This document shows positions 45,801-55,587 of a stretch of DNA of 64,000 nt, one piece after another. The notes under the pieces were generated by a model. The model searched no databases. It was not told where the DNA came from and saw only the letters and a list, made by a program, of their open reading frames with translations. The position numbers were made by a program, and so were the translations under genes. Positions within the stretch are counted from its first letter, which is position 1. Each line of letters opens with the position of its first letter. The stretch spans positions 665 to 64,664 of the forward strand of contig CANQYX010000003.1 in assembly GCA_947628205.1 (NCBI GenBank), in the 5' to 3' direction. Source of the stretch: an uncultured Clostridia bacterium (lineage in GTDB: Bacteria; Bacillota; Clostridia; Christensenellales; UBA1242).

Positions 45801-48800
45801 ACAAGGCCGCCCATGTTGAAATTTGCTGTGCGTTGGTTTTCAATTGCCGAAACGCGCAAAGCAACGCTGCCACGTACTTGACAATTGGTTATAATGCCCT
45901 CATTTTCCGGTGTGATGCCACCAAAAGAGGCCGATCTATATTCAATTTGGTCGTTAGCACACAAATCTTTAAATATGGAAGAACTTGGGTTCTGTGCGTC
46001 AATTCTGCCAAGAGAATATTCATCGTTAGAAAAGTATATTACTTCCAGGTTAGAAACAACCATGTTTGCATAAATTCTTCTAAACAGGCCTATATATATG
46101 TTGCCATTTTCCGTGTTATCGAACGGAGCAAAACTTTTAATTATAATTTTTCTGCCATTTCCGTCAAACGAAGCGATGTTTACATCTATTGGCACATAAT
46201 TTTCAAGCACCAAATCGTTGCCCAAAATATAGTTCCTTTCTGGAAGGCTAACCATGTTGATAAAATCTTCTTCATCTTTAACAACTTCTGGCTCTAAAAA
46301 CGATGTGGAATTTGCAAAATTTAAAACATATTTATAATTGAATTGCAATTCTGTTTCGCTTTCACTAAATGGCTTAATTTCCCACAAACCATCATCATTT
46401 AACGCCAAGTTAAATTGAAGTTGAAGAACAAGGTTGTTATCATCGTTAGAGTTAACAAGCAAATGAACTTTATGATTCATATCATCAAAAGTCAAGGTCG
46501 CAATTGAACTATCCGTTAACAAATTAAATTTGCCATCTACCATTTTTCCAAGTGAAAGATATTCAAGGGTGTTAATTTCACCCAAAATTGTGTGAATCGA
46601 TTTTAATTGGTCGCTAGCATTGCCTGTTAAAACATTTGGGTTATAAATATATTGACTATCCCAATAAGTGCCATTAGTTTCTAAATAACTTATATCAAAA
46701 TTATTTAAATAGAAATTCAAAACTGTTGGCACGCCAAAATCGCCATTTAAAACACGCTTAGTTTCGCTTTCGGTTTGCCCAAAATTTACTTGGCTATTGT
46801 TAACGCTGACATTATGAATTACATATTGCACAATTTTAAACTGCAAACTTGTTGTTGCGTTTTCAAATGTGCCATCATTTAATGTTAATGTTGTGGTGGC
46901 GGTTAAAGTGAACATCTTGTTTAGCAAATCTTCGCTATATCTGCCCACCAAAACATAATTAGAATTGTTGGTTTGTATTTCAAAATAGTTGTTAAAATCT
47001 AATTCCTGCCCATCAAAACTTCCGCTAAAAATTACATTGCCATTAGAGTTGCGCGTTGTAACAGCCAAATTTGCAGGAACGCCATTTGCTAAATACAAAA
47101 TTCCGCTTGCATTGTCATAATGCACCCCTTGTGGGTTAACATATTCCATTTCAATTTCAGGAAGCATTTTAATATCTATAACAATGCTGTTTGAAGTTAT
47201 TAAATTGCCAAATTTATCGTAAGCAGAAACGCGAACTGTGTGAAGTTTAGAACTTGCGCGAATGTCGATTAGAGTTGAAACATAAGTTGCCCTTTGATTA
47301 GGAATTTTGTTTAATCTTATGCCCTTGCCGTTTGATGTTTCAACATCCATTGTTTCCAACGGCTTGCCATTAATGCCGTCAATTTGTGTAAATATTATAT
47401 TTTCATTGCCCGATTCGTTCAAATCTTCAATTTCCAAATAGCCATAATAACTATTTGCAGGCGAAAGGTTAATTATAATCAATCCGCCACCAACTGGGCG
47501 CAACATATCGCTTGGCTCAATAACAGCAACCCCGTTGTCTGTTTGAACGTGGCCATCTTCATCATATTTATAGATATAATTATTTATTTCGATGTTATCT
47601 ATGCGCTGCGGAACTAAAATAAACGAAATGCTTTCGCCATCATATCCATTTGGCAGTTCAAAGAAAATGGTTAGTTCGGTTTCGTCTTGAACTTCAAGCT
47701 TTTCGTTGAATTTAACCAAATATTTAACAATTTGTTGGTTATTGTCAAAGTTGTTGGCTTTATATTCGATGAACTGTGCAATATCTTCAACATATCTGCC
47801 ATCAAAAATTATGCCATTAACAAGATTTAATGTTTCAAGCTCCTCTTCGCTAAACGGTAAATCGGTTGTAACATAAGCATAAACATCGGCCGTGCCATTA
47901 GGATAAATTATTATCTGGGTGCTGCTTAACTTAATTTCGGTTGGGCCTTGATATGTGTTAAGGTTGAAATTAAAGGTTTGGTCATCTTCGCCAGATTTTT
48001 CAAAAATATCATAACTTGTGCCGCCATAATTTATCTTTGTAAATCGCTTAATTGCAAATTGCAGCACTCTATCTTGCAAATGATTTTTAACCGATATGCT
48101 AAACGCGGTAAGTGGGTCTAACACAACTTTTAATTCAGTTGCCGAATCTACAACTGGCTGAACACCGCTTATTGAAATGTATTTGCCAATTGTGCCTTCA
48201 ATTTGTAAGCCATCCTTTATTGTAACATCAACCTCTAAATAAAGGTCGCTTGTGGTTTTATATTCATAGTCCACACCCAAATAATTTAAACTATTTGAAG
48301 CGACTGAATAATATTCTTTTGTTTTGCCCTTAGCAATTTGTTGCGTGGTGTTTAAAATTGAAGATTTTTCATCTGCCTTACTAGTGCTTAAAACAAAATT
48401 TTCGCCAACCGGTGCAGAAATTATAACATCAACCACGCACCTAACATTATGGTTGAGCGCAGAATAGAACGTAAGTTTGCATTCGCCCAAGCCATTAACC
48501 AACAAATAGTTGCCAGAAACGGATAGAATTGCGCTATCGCTTTCCGCAATAATGCGTATTGTGCCCAAAATGGTTGGTTCAACATCTATGTTGATTAAGT
48601 CCTTTTCGTTATCGTTTGACAATATTCTATATCTATTAAATTTATTGTTAAGTGTGGTTAAAGTGTTTTGATAATTTTCGTTGGTTGAATCTAAAACAAA
48701 ATCGTAATAATATAAGCGCATTAAATATGGTGCATCATCTAAAATTGGGTTTATAACGGTTGAATCAATTTTTGTTGGGCTTTGTTCAAAAATAGGGTTT

Positions 48801-51800
48801 GTGCCATCCAACGTAATAAAGATATAGCCACCATTTAAATTGCTTGCAACTGCCCAATGGTCTTTTGCCGTGTGCAAATCAAACGATTCTGTATTGGCGT
48901 TTGAATAATCGTATTCCTCTAGTTTGCCATTAACAACATTAATTGAATATACATAGTTATATATAGCATTTTTGTCTGCAATTGCCAAGTTGTCTAAAGT
49001 GTCATTTTTTAAATCTAAATCAACTAGAACGCCATCTTGAACTGTTACAATTTTGCCCATGAAATAGGAATTATATATAATCGAGTGGGTGTCCGGGTCA
49101 TTTGCGTTAAAGATGCCATAAACCTTGCCCTCAGTTTGCACGCCCACAAGCGCATTAACGCTGCTATACATAACAGTTGTTAGTGAGTTGTTGTTAGTGG
49201 TGTTATATATTTGTTTATTATTATCTAAATTGCCTAATGTGCTTTCGGTTAAACCAATTAATCCGCCAACATAATCGGCACCTACAATATCTGCATACTG
49301 GGCAGAATTAAAGGTTGAAGTGAGTTCGTTATAATCCCACCTATAACTCATAACAGAGCAATAAGCAAACGTGCCAAACTTAGAAAAGCCAGCAATTCCA
49401 CCAACATAATTTGTGCCTTTTATCGCAGCATCTGTTCCAGCAAGAATTTGAGCATGGCAGTTATAATAACTTCCGCCGTCATCATAACCCACAACGCCGC
49501 CGACATAATCTGCGCCCACAACTACAACAGATGATGTTAAATTTTGAATTTTATATTGTTGGGCAGTTTCAATTGCCTTAATTTCGTCTTGATTAGTAAT
49601 CGACAATTGCAACACGTTAGTTCTGTTTTTGCCAATAATTCCGCCAGCGATGCAATTTGCATTAATTTTTCCGGTTGCGTAAACATCTTTAACTTCGCCC
49701 GTGTTAACGCCAACAACTCCGCCAACCACGCTTGAGCTATCCATTAAATTAGCGGTTACATCCAAATTTGAAACCGCGCCACTATCGCCTAAAACCACGC
49801 TGAAAACGATGTTGCTGTTGGCCTGTTCGGCTTTTGAATAGTTGTTGTTTAACAGCGTTTTTTCCGTGCCATTATATCCTAAGATTGAGCTATTATTTTG
49901 CCCAACCAAGCCACCAAACGAAAGTTGACTGCCTAACAAAGTTATTTTTCCGCTAGTGCCAACAATTTCATTTGATGTGTAAGAGATTGTGCCACTATTT
50001 ACCGATGCCAGTGTGCCAAAATTCACCAATCCGCCCGACACATTTGCCTGCCCATCAACATTTAAAGATAGGTTGGTTAATTTGCCATAGTTGAAATCTA
50101 TAAGCCCTAAATTTTGTTTAGAGGAAGAATAAGCAAACATTATTTCAAAATTTAAGTTTACAAGCGTGCCGTTGAAATTTGTAAATAAATTTACAAAATC
50201 ATTGTTAAGTTCAATGCCTGAAATTGTGTAAACAACAGGAGTTTCAACAGGTGTTCCGTCAATTATTTCGGTGTAAGTATAGGTGTTAATTTCCCCTTTA
50301 AAATTGTCTATTGGCTGATGTTTTAAACTTGCGGTGTTAATGTTGATGTTGTCCATCAAAGTGTAATAATGGTTGTCGTTGCTTTTTATATCCCAAAAAT
50401 CTTCTGGGCTGTTAATTATAAACGGATTATCCTTGCTTCCGTTGGATAAAAACAATTCAATTTCTAAATAGGCATTTTCATGCCCCGCCATAAGCACCGA
50501 TCTTGGGCTGATAATTGAGCTATGTTCTTCAAGTTTTTCAATTAAAGCATCTTTGGCAAATATAATTAATTTGATATTTTTTGCCATATTTACAACAGAA
50601 AGATTGTTGCCTTCAATTGAAATTGCACTAGATTTATTGCCGGCATTATCCACAACCTGAAAAAGCAAATTGTCCGTTTTAAACGTTACATTTCCGCTGT
50701 TAGCCAAGGCATTTGCATTTACTGTTAGCTTGCCAGAATTTTCTTTAATGTCTATATAAAAACTTTGGTTTGCAACATTAATTTGAACAGCTCTTGTGTT
50801 GCCATCTTCTGTGGTTAAGTTCTGCACCTCCACTCTATCGGTTAAAATTGGGGTTGCAAGCCTGATTGTGCAGGTTTTTGAAATCGTTCGGTTAAATTGT
50901 TTAATTGTGGCAGAAATTTCCAAAGATTGTGCAACAAGTTCATCTCCCACAAGGTCAACTTTAATTTCGTAATCTTTTTGGTCTAAAAATTCATATATAT
51001 TAGCAACGCTTGTTGTCCAATTAACAGCATAATCATTTAAATTATTTTGCCCAAAAACCATTTGTTGTTGGCTGTTTTGAACATAATTTTTCAATTCATT
51101 AGCCAATTGCAGTTTTAAATTGATATTTGCCAAATCTTTATAATAAGCGCCTAATTTATTTTTAGAATATCTATAACCATCGGCTGGCACATTAGAGTCA
51201 ATTTGCATGTCGGAAGCAAAAATAGGTTCAAACACAAAGAAAGTTTTGCTTATAGAAATTTCGTTTTGCTCGTTTTCAACTTTAAACAACCTATCAAATT
51301 TACTTAATTTAACAACAAAATTAATGGTTATGTAATTTTTGCCATCAACATATGTGCCACGTTTAAAAATTAGGTCAACTGCATTAGCGTTTTTGCTATC
51401 CACGCTGTTTCGCTTTAAGGTTAAATACTCGTCAATATTTTCTCCCTGCCAAACGGTGGTGTAATCGTAAGAATTAACTATGTTTGACTTTAAAACCGCA
51501 TCATTTATAACAAACCAAAAATTATATCTGCGGTTGAACCCAGCATTGTTGTTTGAATTGTTTGTTGCAACAATGAAATCCGATTCATACCCTTCAAATA
51601 AAGATTCGTTTGCTTCAGTTTTTATATAGGCAAAATCGTTTAGCCCTTCTAAATTATATCCAATTTCTAATGTTTGTTCGGTTAATCCTTCGTAAACAAA
51701 AACTTTTATGTTTTTTTCGTAACCATTTTCGTGGCTAATTGTAATTCGATATTCGCCAACCTGTGTGCGCTCGCCCAAAATTAAGACAATTGAATTGTCC

Positions 51801-53968
51801 ACATAACTTGTGGTGTAAGTGAAATTTTCTATGGTTTCCACGCCTGCAAGGTTTAAACCCAAATTATCTGAATAATGGTCGAATTGCTCAATTTTCAACC
51901 CGTTAGAATTAGGTTCAGCTTCGTTTACATCAATTTTTTGAATAGAAACTTTAAACGAAGCGGAATCCATTTCGTTTTTAGAGTCATCAAAAGACATTGC
52001 AAGCACTTCATTGAAATTTATAACATATGCGCCATAGTCACTTATTAAATTGTTGTAAGCAAGCCTGTCAATGTAAACATCTTTGCTGTTTCCCTCGCCC
52101 AACTCTTCGCCAAAAGAATCAATTTTTATGCCATTATCCGAATAAATCTGCCCAGCATACAAGGTGATTTTTCTAACGCCCAAATCGTTTTCAAAATATG
52201 CATTTACTGCATCGCATCCGCCAATATCTTTTAAATATTGCAAATTACCAGAATAAATATTTTCAACCGAAAATGTAAGGGTGTTAGATTCTCCTCTGTC
52301 GTCATTTTTTACGTATTTAATGTACAAATTATCTTTTTGCGTTATTTGCTCGGACACAAACATCTCTTTGCCAGAATCGTAATAAAAACGCAACGGATGA
52401 GATCCGTCATTAAGATAGAAATTCAATAAATAATTGTTGGTTCGCACATTTCTAAACGAAGCAAAATTTGTGATTTGCTCGCCAGGATTAAAGTTAGAGT
52501 TCGGATAAACAGGCATTAAACCAACCAATTTGTTGTTGAAATTTCCTTTAACATTCAACAAGGATGGCTTAACAGAAATCCTCATTTTTTCCATATCGGC
52601 AAAACTATTTATGCCCAAAGAAGTTCCGTTATCATTCAAATTTGTGTATGGCGCAAAATTGAAGAGTGCGCCCCAGTCATTATTTTCGTGATAATAATCA
52701 TATAACTTATATTTATGCTCTTCATCATTTGTTATAAGTTGCTGCCCATCCATTTTTATGCCAATGGTTTCTGGTTTAAGTTCGGCTTTCACATAAAGAT
52801 TTTTATGAACTTCAAAAATTTCGCCCACGCAGTTTTGGGCAGACAAACAAACATCAACTGTAACTTTTGGAGTTGACAACTTTCCAACCGCGCAAATTAA
52901 AATTCGATTTAAATCCTCATCGTTGCATTTAATGTTGCTGTTATTGGTGGTTATTGAAACATTGTAAAAGTTATAATCATTGGTTAAATTTAAAATTGTG
53001 CCGTTAATTTTTTTGCCCAAAGCAATTGGCAAATAATAATATTCATAGTTCCAAACCGAATTATCTCTGTTTTCAACGCTAACCGCATTGGAATCGTTCG
53101 CAATCAGGGTTATGGTTTCGTCCGCATCCAAATAAGGTTGATGCAAATCGTCCGAAATAAAAGTTAAATTTCTATCGGTTAAAACATTTTTTAAAACAAA
53201 AGTAATGGTTTCCGTTTCATAAATGTCATTTGCATAACCATCCATTACCGCAATTGGATAAACAACAATTTCAGTTTCCGCAGTGTTGGCAGAAATAGTT
53301 AGGCTATCAATAACAACATTACCATTAATATCCAAGGTGGTCAAATTAACATTGCCCGCGTTTATTTGGCGCGTTAATTGTTCATTGCCAGTTGAAGACA
53401 AAGCGTAATAAATTAAATCGGTGCTTTCAGGTGTTATCGCAAACAAATCTTTTTCAAAAGATTTTATTTTATTGTCTGGCAAATTAGGGTTAAAAGACAC
53501 TGTCTTTGAGTTTTCTTCCGGAATTGAAATTATGTATTTATTGTTTAAGCTGTTTAGTTCATGAGATTTTTTATCCACGCGCAAATTCAAACTGCTGGTT
53601 TTGTTCGAGGCCAGATGCCTAACCACAATTTCCCCCACACCCGAAGTTGACGCATAAACATTGAAATAAACAGTGTTTTTAGAATAGGAAATTTCGTTTT
53701 TGGGGATATTTACCTTGCCTTGTGGGCAATAAATTAAAACATCGCCAACTTCGCTAGATTTTATGCCAGAAAATTTTACACCTAATTTGGCGCTATCCAT
53801 AGCATCATCTCTGTTTTCGTCAATAATCAAGCCAAGCTCAACAACTTCTTCCTCGTCCAAATTAATAAAAGACATTTTAAGGTTTTTGTATTTACTGCCG
53901 CACGCCGAGAAAAACACGCACGCAAAAAGTGCGATAAAAGCAATAGCAAAACCACAAAATCTTTTCAT
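42860..53968 (-). CDS. Giant (3702-aa) surface lipoprotein with three GLUG-like beta-helix repeat regions
   Basis: Uninterrupted 11.1-kb ORF. Signal and lipobox MKRFCGFAIAFIALFACVFFSAC. Module heads NPFIINSPEDFWDI (about aa 1180), EEDFINMVSL...FDGNGRKIII (about aa 2560) and TNPIILYNIATWDY...FSGNLQGNNMLI (about aa 3040). Each head is followed by many (Y)VGG(L/V/I)(V/I)G units. AGGGG Shine-Dalgarno. Confidence 0.85.
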   Translation of the reverse strand: MKRFCGFAIAFIALFACVFFSACGSKYKNLKMSFINLDEEEVVELGLIIDENRDDAMDSAKLGVKFSGIKSSEVGDVLIYCPQGKVNIPKNEISYSKNTVYFNVYASTSGVGEIVVRHLASNKTSSLNLRVDKKSHELNSLNNKYIISIPEENSKTVSFNPNLPDNKIKSFEKDLFAITPESTDLIYYALSSTGNEQLTRQINAGNVNLTTLDINGNVVIDSLTISANTAETEIVVYPIAVMDGYANDIYETETITFVLKNVLTDRNLTFISDDLHQPYLDADETITLIANDSNAVSVENRDNSVWNYEYYYLPIALGKKINGTILNLTNDYNFYNVSITTNNSNIKCNDEDLNRILICAVGKLSTPKVTVDVCLSAQNCVGEIFEVHKNLYVKAELKPETIGIKMDGQQLITNDEEHKYKLYDYYHENNDWGALFNFAPYTNLNDNGTSLGINSFADMEKMRISVKPSLLNVKGNFNNKLVGLMPVYPNSNFNPGEQITNFASFRNVRTNNYLLNFYLNDGSHPLRFYYDSGKEMFVSEQITQKDNLYIKYVKNDDRGESNTLTFSVENIYSGNLQYLKDIGGCDAVNAYFENDLGVRKITLYAGQIYSDNGIKIDSFGEELGEGNSKDVYIDRLAYNNLISDYGAYVINFNEVLAMSFDDSKNEMDSASFKVSIQKIDVNEAEPNSNGLKIEQFDHYSDNLGLNLAGVETIENFTYTTSYVDNSIVLILGERTQVGEYRITISHENGYEKNIKVFVYEGLTEQTLEIGYNLEGLNDFAYIKTEANESLFEGYESDFIVATNNSNNNAGFNRRYNFWFVINDAVLKSNIVNSYDYTTVWQGENIDEYLTLKRNSVDSKNANAVDLIFKRGTYVDGKNYITINFVVKLSKFDRLFKVENEQNEISISKTFFVFEPIFASDMQIDSNVPADGYRYSKNKLGAYYKDLANINLKLQLANELKNYVQNSQQQMVFGQNNLNDYAVNWTTSVANIYEFLDQKDYEIKVDLVGDELVAQSLEISATIKQFNRTISKTCTIRLATPILTDRVEVQNLTTEDGNTRAVQINVANQSFYIDIKENSGKLTVNANALANSGNVTFKTDNLLFQVVDNAGNKSSAISIEGNNLSVVNMAKNIKLIIFAKDALIEKLEEHSSIISPRSVLMAGHENAYLEIELFLSNGSKDNPFIINSPEDFWDIKSNDNHYYTLMDNININTASLKHQPIDNFKGEINTYTYTEIIDGTPVETPVVYTISGIELNNDFVNLFTNFNGTLVNLNFEIMFAYSSSKQNLGLIDFNYGKLTNLSLNVDGQANVSGGLVNFGTLASVNSGTISYTSNEIVGTSGKITLLGSQLSFGGLVGQNNSSILGYNGTEKTLLNNNYSKAEQANSNIVFSVVLGDSGAVSNLDVTANLMDSSSVVGGVVGVNTGEVKDVYATGKINANCIAGGIIGKNRTNVLQLSITNQDEIKAIETAQQYKIQNLTSSVVVVGADYVGGVVGYDDGGSYYNCHAQILAGTDAAIKGTNYVGGIAGFSKFGTFAYCSVMSYRWDYNELTSTFNSAQYADIVGADYVGGLIGLTESTLGNLDNNKQIYNTTNNNSLTTVMYSSVNALVGVQTEGKVYGIFNANDPDTHSIIYNSYFMGKIVTVQDGVLVDLDLKNDTLDNLAIADKNAIYNYVYSINVVNGKLEEYDYSNANTESFDLHTAKDHWAVASNLNGGYIFITLDGTNPIFEQSPTKIDSTVINPILDDAPYLMRLYYYDFVLDSTNENYQNTLTTLNNKFNRYRILSNDNEKDLINIDVEPTILGTIRIIAESDSAILSVSGNYLLVNGLGECKLTFYSALNHNVRCVVDVIISAPVGENFVLSTSKADEKSSILNTTQQIAKGKTKEYYSVASNSLNYLGVDYEYKTTSDLYLEVDVTIKDGLQIEGTIGKYISISGVQPVVDSATELKVVLDPLTAFSISVKNHLQDRVLQFAIKRFTKINYGGTSYDIFEKSGEDDQTFNFNLNTYQGPTEIKLSSTQIIIYPNGTADVYAYVTTDLPFSEEELETLNLVNGIIFDGRYVEDIAQFIEYKANNFDNNQQIVKYLVKFNEKLEVQDETELTIFFELPNGYDGESISFILVPQRIDNIEINNYIYKYDEDGHVQTDNGVAVIEPSDMLRPVGGGLIIINLSPANSYYGYLEIEDLNESGNENIIFTQIDGINGKPLETMDVETSNGKGIRLNKIPNQRATYVSTLIDIRASSKLHTVRVSAYDKFGNLITSNSIVIDIKMLPEIEMEYVNPQGVHYDNASGILYLANGVPANLAVTTRNSNGNVIFSGSFDGQELDFNNYFEIQTNNSNYVLVGRYSEDLLNKMFTLTATTTLTLNDGTFENATTSLQFKIVQYVIHNVSVNNSQVNFGQTESETKRVLNGDFGVPTVLNFYLNNFDISYLETNGTYWDSQYIYNPNVLTGNASDQLKSIHTILGEINTLEYLSLGKMVDGKFNLLTDSSIATLTFDDMNHKVHLLVNSNDDNNLVLQLQFNLALNDDGLWEIKPFSESETELQFNYKYVLNFANSTSFLEPEVVKDEEDFINMVSLPERNYILGNDLVLENYVPIDVNIASFDGNGRKIIIKSFAPFDNTENGNIYIGLFRRIYANMVVSNLEVIYFSNDEYSLGRIDAQNPSSSIFKDLCANDQIEYRSASFGGITPENEGIITNCQVRGSVALRVSAIENQRTANFNMGGLVCTNQGYITHSDSSLAMVGRANIGGLVHTNGGKIVSCSYLAENENFFLNDREVFYSTKNSNGIEHININDSGFIFAYETSATVYVGGLVVFNGGDGLNSNINEISMCNVLAGGRALSGDQQSSNITAQNGRVGGFVYSNRGNIFNCYTNYAVFGTNSNFAGFVDTNSGTINLCYTYVNKGIISSRAACTQFTTKNDNISSGITNSYEIIDLSSLPYGEDQYLRNHKVEGVDYVSVQNRFLQSSYNKFMFGDNETGSWQILNGELPHLTSVENKVRVDTVRQSTESMFYGLRTIRREESKVEVDNQIITTYHYVLLDNGYGTSTNPIILYNIATWDYYLSDNTSKYFRLVTDLDFSSVIDNPSTSTRTFSGNLQGNNMLIDNIMISSSNNLNSIGLFKELVATSDITVQPVVANLRLNTTRFTASHTQAVGILAGIIENYKIYNIEVSSQDNVLIGSNAVGGLAGIVRGNFDLDGITSSANVNAESKSGSSYSIYMSRNNNFDINYNLSDVHYAGSVVGILDGYLNSSYNINDTRYLNNMYMNVKNITVNSNLTVIGDIVGTLFGFVGERVKISNCNVQIENCNIVGQYYAAGLIGENRGIIADSSITVANEVENIFGNSRVCAGLVGLNLGGLITNCSAELNIVNVSNVVNTTVGGLVGRSVNGYIKNSKFSGKLLGLYTGGVVGTILDKDVFTMPSSAIGSLNYACASDYVVPNDVKYFDEAEIQYIDNVSLSIDSLNYWLENLSSFYSYRAGRPSLIDAILYRKVLGLAVGTIQANFELNTKYNNEQIVSKYGYDAANKQITFNGDFDIDTVGMVANANLPEGIKYNTPFANVINTISGISGTYVMYVVGANLGSLDSWARDSYTTQMCILTNEQIVELKLYTVEFGEDLEKSNEVKFKTTVQSAQECKLYLLEDVSDSLGVEFNYSFIPNVSEITTKNEAHFKDADQILLVEFVDNYVEVNFKLNDNNNITYKFILA

Positions 53969-54033
53969 AATTTCCCCTATAATTAATTTAACCCAAATGC
54001 CTATAAATATTAAAAATTAAATTAATTAATTTA

Positions 54034-54062
54034 ATTATAAATAAATTGTAGAATATTGTCAA
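54034..54062 (-). promoter_or_regulatory. Consensus promoter of the giant gene
   Basis: TTGACA (54062-57), 17 nt, TATAAT (54039-34). The leader is about 60 nt. Confidence 0.7.
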
Positions 54063-54168
54063 ATAAAATCAGGAAAAATAATAGTAAATTATTTTTTAAT
54101 TATTTTTTAAAAATTTTAATCTGTCATATTTCCAAAATTTTTAAAATAACCTATTTTAAGGGGATATA

Positions 54169-54441
54169 ATGGAAAATAATAAGCAAAATATCGAGCAATG
54201 CATAAATTTGTTAAATAAAAAAGAGTTATCCGTTAGCGGCACAAACAAAATAATAAGCTTGAAACCCGACCTAATTCAGCTGGACACCGTTCTGGGCGGG
54301 CTAATTGTTTGCGGCCAAAATTTAGAATTGATTAAATTAGATAACACCTCCACTCGCGCAGAAATTAAAGGGGAAATAAATTCGCTAAAATTTGTAGAGG
54401 GCAAATCTAAGCAACCATTTTTTAGGAAGATATTTAAATGA
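54169..54441 (+). CDS. yabP: YabP-like protein
   Basis: 90 aa. ...KKELSVSGTNKIISLKPDLIQLDTVLGGLIVCGQNLELIKLD... resembles YabP. yabP-yabQ-divIC order as in Bacillus. Confidence 0.7.
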   Translation: MENNKQNIEQCINLLNKKELSVSGTNKIISLKPDLIQLDTVLGGLIVCGQNLELIKLDNTSTRAEIKGEINSLKFVEGKSKQPFFRKIFK

Positions 54442-54806
54442 TTTTTAGCACAATAAATCAATTAAATTGTTTTTTTATTTTTCTTTTTTGCGGAATTATT
54501 TTCGGAATAATTTATTTATTTTTTTCTACTCTATTTTTAAAAAAATATCAAAAAATTTTTCAAAAAATCATTTTTGACAGCATTTTTTACAGTTTTTTTG
54601 CAATTTTTTATGTATTTTTTATAAATTTTTACAATTTTGGAAAAATTTCTTATGTGTTAATTTTTGGCTACTGCCTAGGATTTTTGTGGATTAAAAAAGT
54701 TTTTAAAAATTTAGTTGTAAAATTAGAAAATAAATGGTATAATTACTTAACACAGAAAAGGAAAAAACATGGAAGAACAACAAAACGAAAAAACCAAACG
54801 CAATAA
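54438..54806 (+). CDS. yabQ: YabQ-like small membrane protein
   Basis: 122 aa, 3-4 TM segments. 4-nt overlap with yabP. Conserved position. Confidence 0.6.
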   Translation: MIFSTINQLNCFFIFLFCGIIFGIIYLFFSTLFLKKYQKIFQKIIFDSIFYSFFAIFYVFFINFYNFGKISYVLIFGYCLGFLWIKKVFKNLVVKLENKWYNYLTQKRKKHGRTTKRKNQTQ

Positions 54807-55002
54807 ACTTTTTATATTTGGGGCAATTGCCCTTGTTGTGTTGCTGTTTGTTCTTGCTGTTGCCGAAATAATTTCAATAAATTCTATGAACAGCAAAATA
54901 AAGCAACAAGAGCAAACCATCGAGCAGCTCAACAATCAATTAAATTATTATAAAGACCATGCCAATCAGAGCGACGATGTTTATGAAGGAGTTGTTGAAT
55001 GA
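54769..55002 (+). CDS. divIC: Septum formation initiator, DivIC/FtsB family
   Basis: 77 aa. Basic N-terminus, one TM segment (LFIFGAIALVVLLFVLAV), then a coiled coil (KIKQQEQTIEQLNNQLNYYK). Confidence 0.7.
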   Translation: MEEQQNEKTKRNKLFIFGAIALVVLLFVLAVAEIISINSMNSKIKQQEQTIEQLNNQLNYYKDHANQSDDVYEGVVE

Positions 55003-55556
55003 TTGTAACAATAACTGGCAAACCTTGCAGCGGAAAAAGTTCAATTGGCAAAGTTTTTGCTGAAAGATACAATTTCAAATTAATGCCTATGGGGGACATC
55101 TTTCGTGAATATGCCAAAAAATTGGGGTTTGGCACGATTACCAAATTTGTTGATGACGAGCGCATTAAACTAATTGATGCAAAAGTGGATGGCCGAATAA
55201 AAAGCATTGGCAAAAAGCAATTAAATGACAATATTGTTTTTGTTTCTCGCACAGCTTGGTTTTTAATCCCGAAATCTTTTAAAGTGTTTTTAGATGTTAG
55301 CATTGATGTTGCCGCCGAGCGATTGGTTGCCGATAAACGCGAGAGCGAACCGGTTAAAAACAAGCGCGAGGCAAAATTGCTGCTAACACAGCGATGGGAA
55401 AGCGAAAATTCAAGATACCAAGAACTTTATAATAAAGATAACACTCATCTGGAAAATTATGATTTGGTTATTTTAACCGACAACAAAACAGTTGATGAAA
55501 TTGTGCTTGAAATATATAATGGTTACAAAAAATTTTTAAAGCAAAACAAAACTTAA
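54999..55556 (+). CDS. Cytidylate kinase-like (short P-loop NMP kinase) family protein
   Basis: 185 aa. P-loop ITGKPCSGKSS. GAAGGAG Shine-Dalgarno. 4-nt overlap with divIC. Confidence 0.65.
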   Translation: MIVTITGKPCSGKSSIGKVFAERYNFKLMPMGDIFREYAKKLGFGTITKFVDDERIKLIDAKVDGRIKSIGKKQLNDNIVFVSRTAWFLIPKSFKVFLDVSIDVAAERLVADKRESEPVKNKREAKLLLTQRWESENSRYQELYNKDNTHLENYDLVILTDNKTVDEIVLEIYNGYKKFLKQNKT

Positions 55557-55566
55557 ATTTTAAATT

Positions 55567-55587
55567 AACAGCTTTTGCTGTTTTTTT
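55567..55587. terminator. Bidirectional terminator
   Basis: AACAGC-tttt-GCTGTT followed by T-run, between convergent genes. Confidence 0.75.

Noticed and set aside
45719-46297. A 192-aa plus-strand ORF, and other plus-strand ORFs (43405-44039, 45885-46073, 47384-47617, 49544-49735, 52238-52429, 53763-54020), inside the giant minus-strand gene.
   Set aside because: These are antisense shadow ORFs within an uninterrupted 11.1-kb coding frame. They have no start signals and low-complexity translations.
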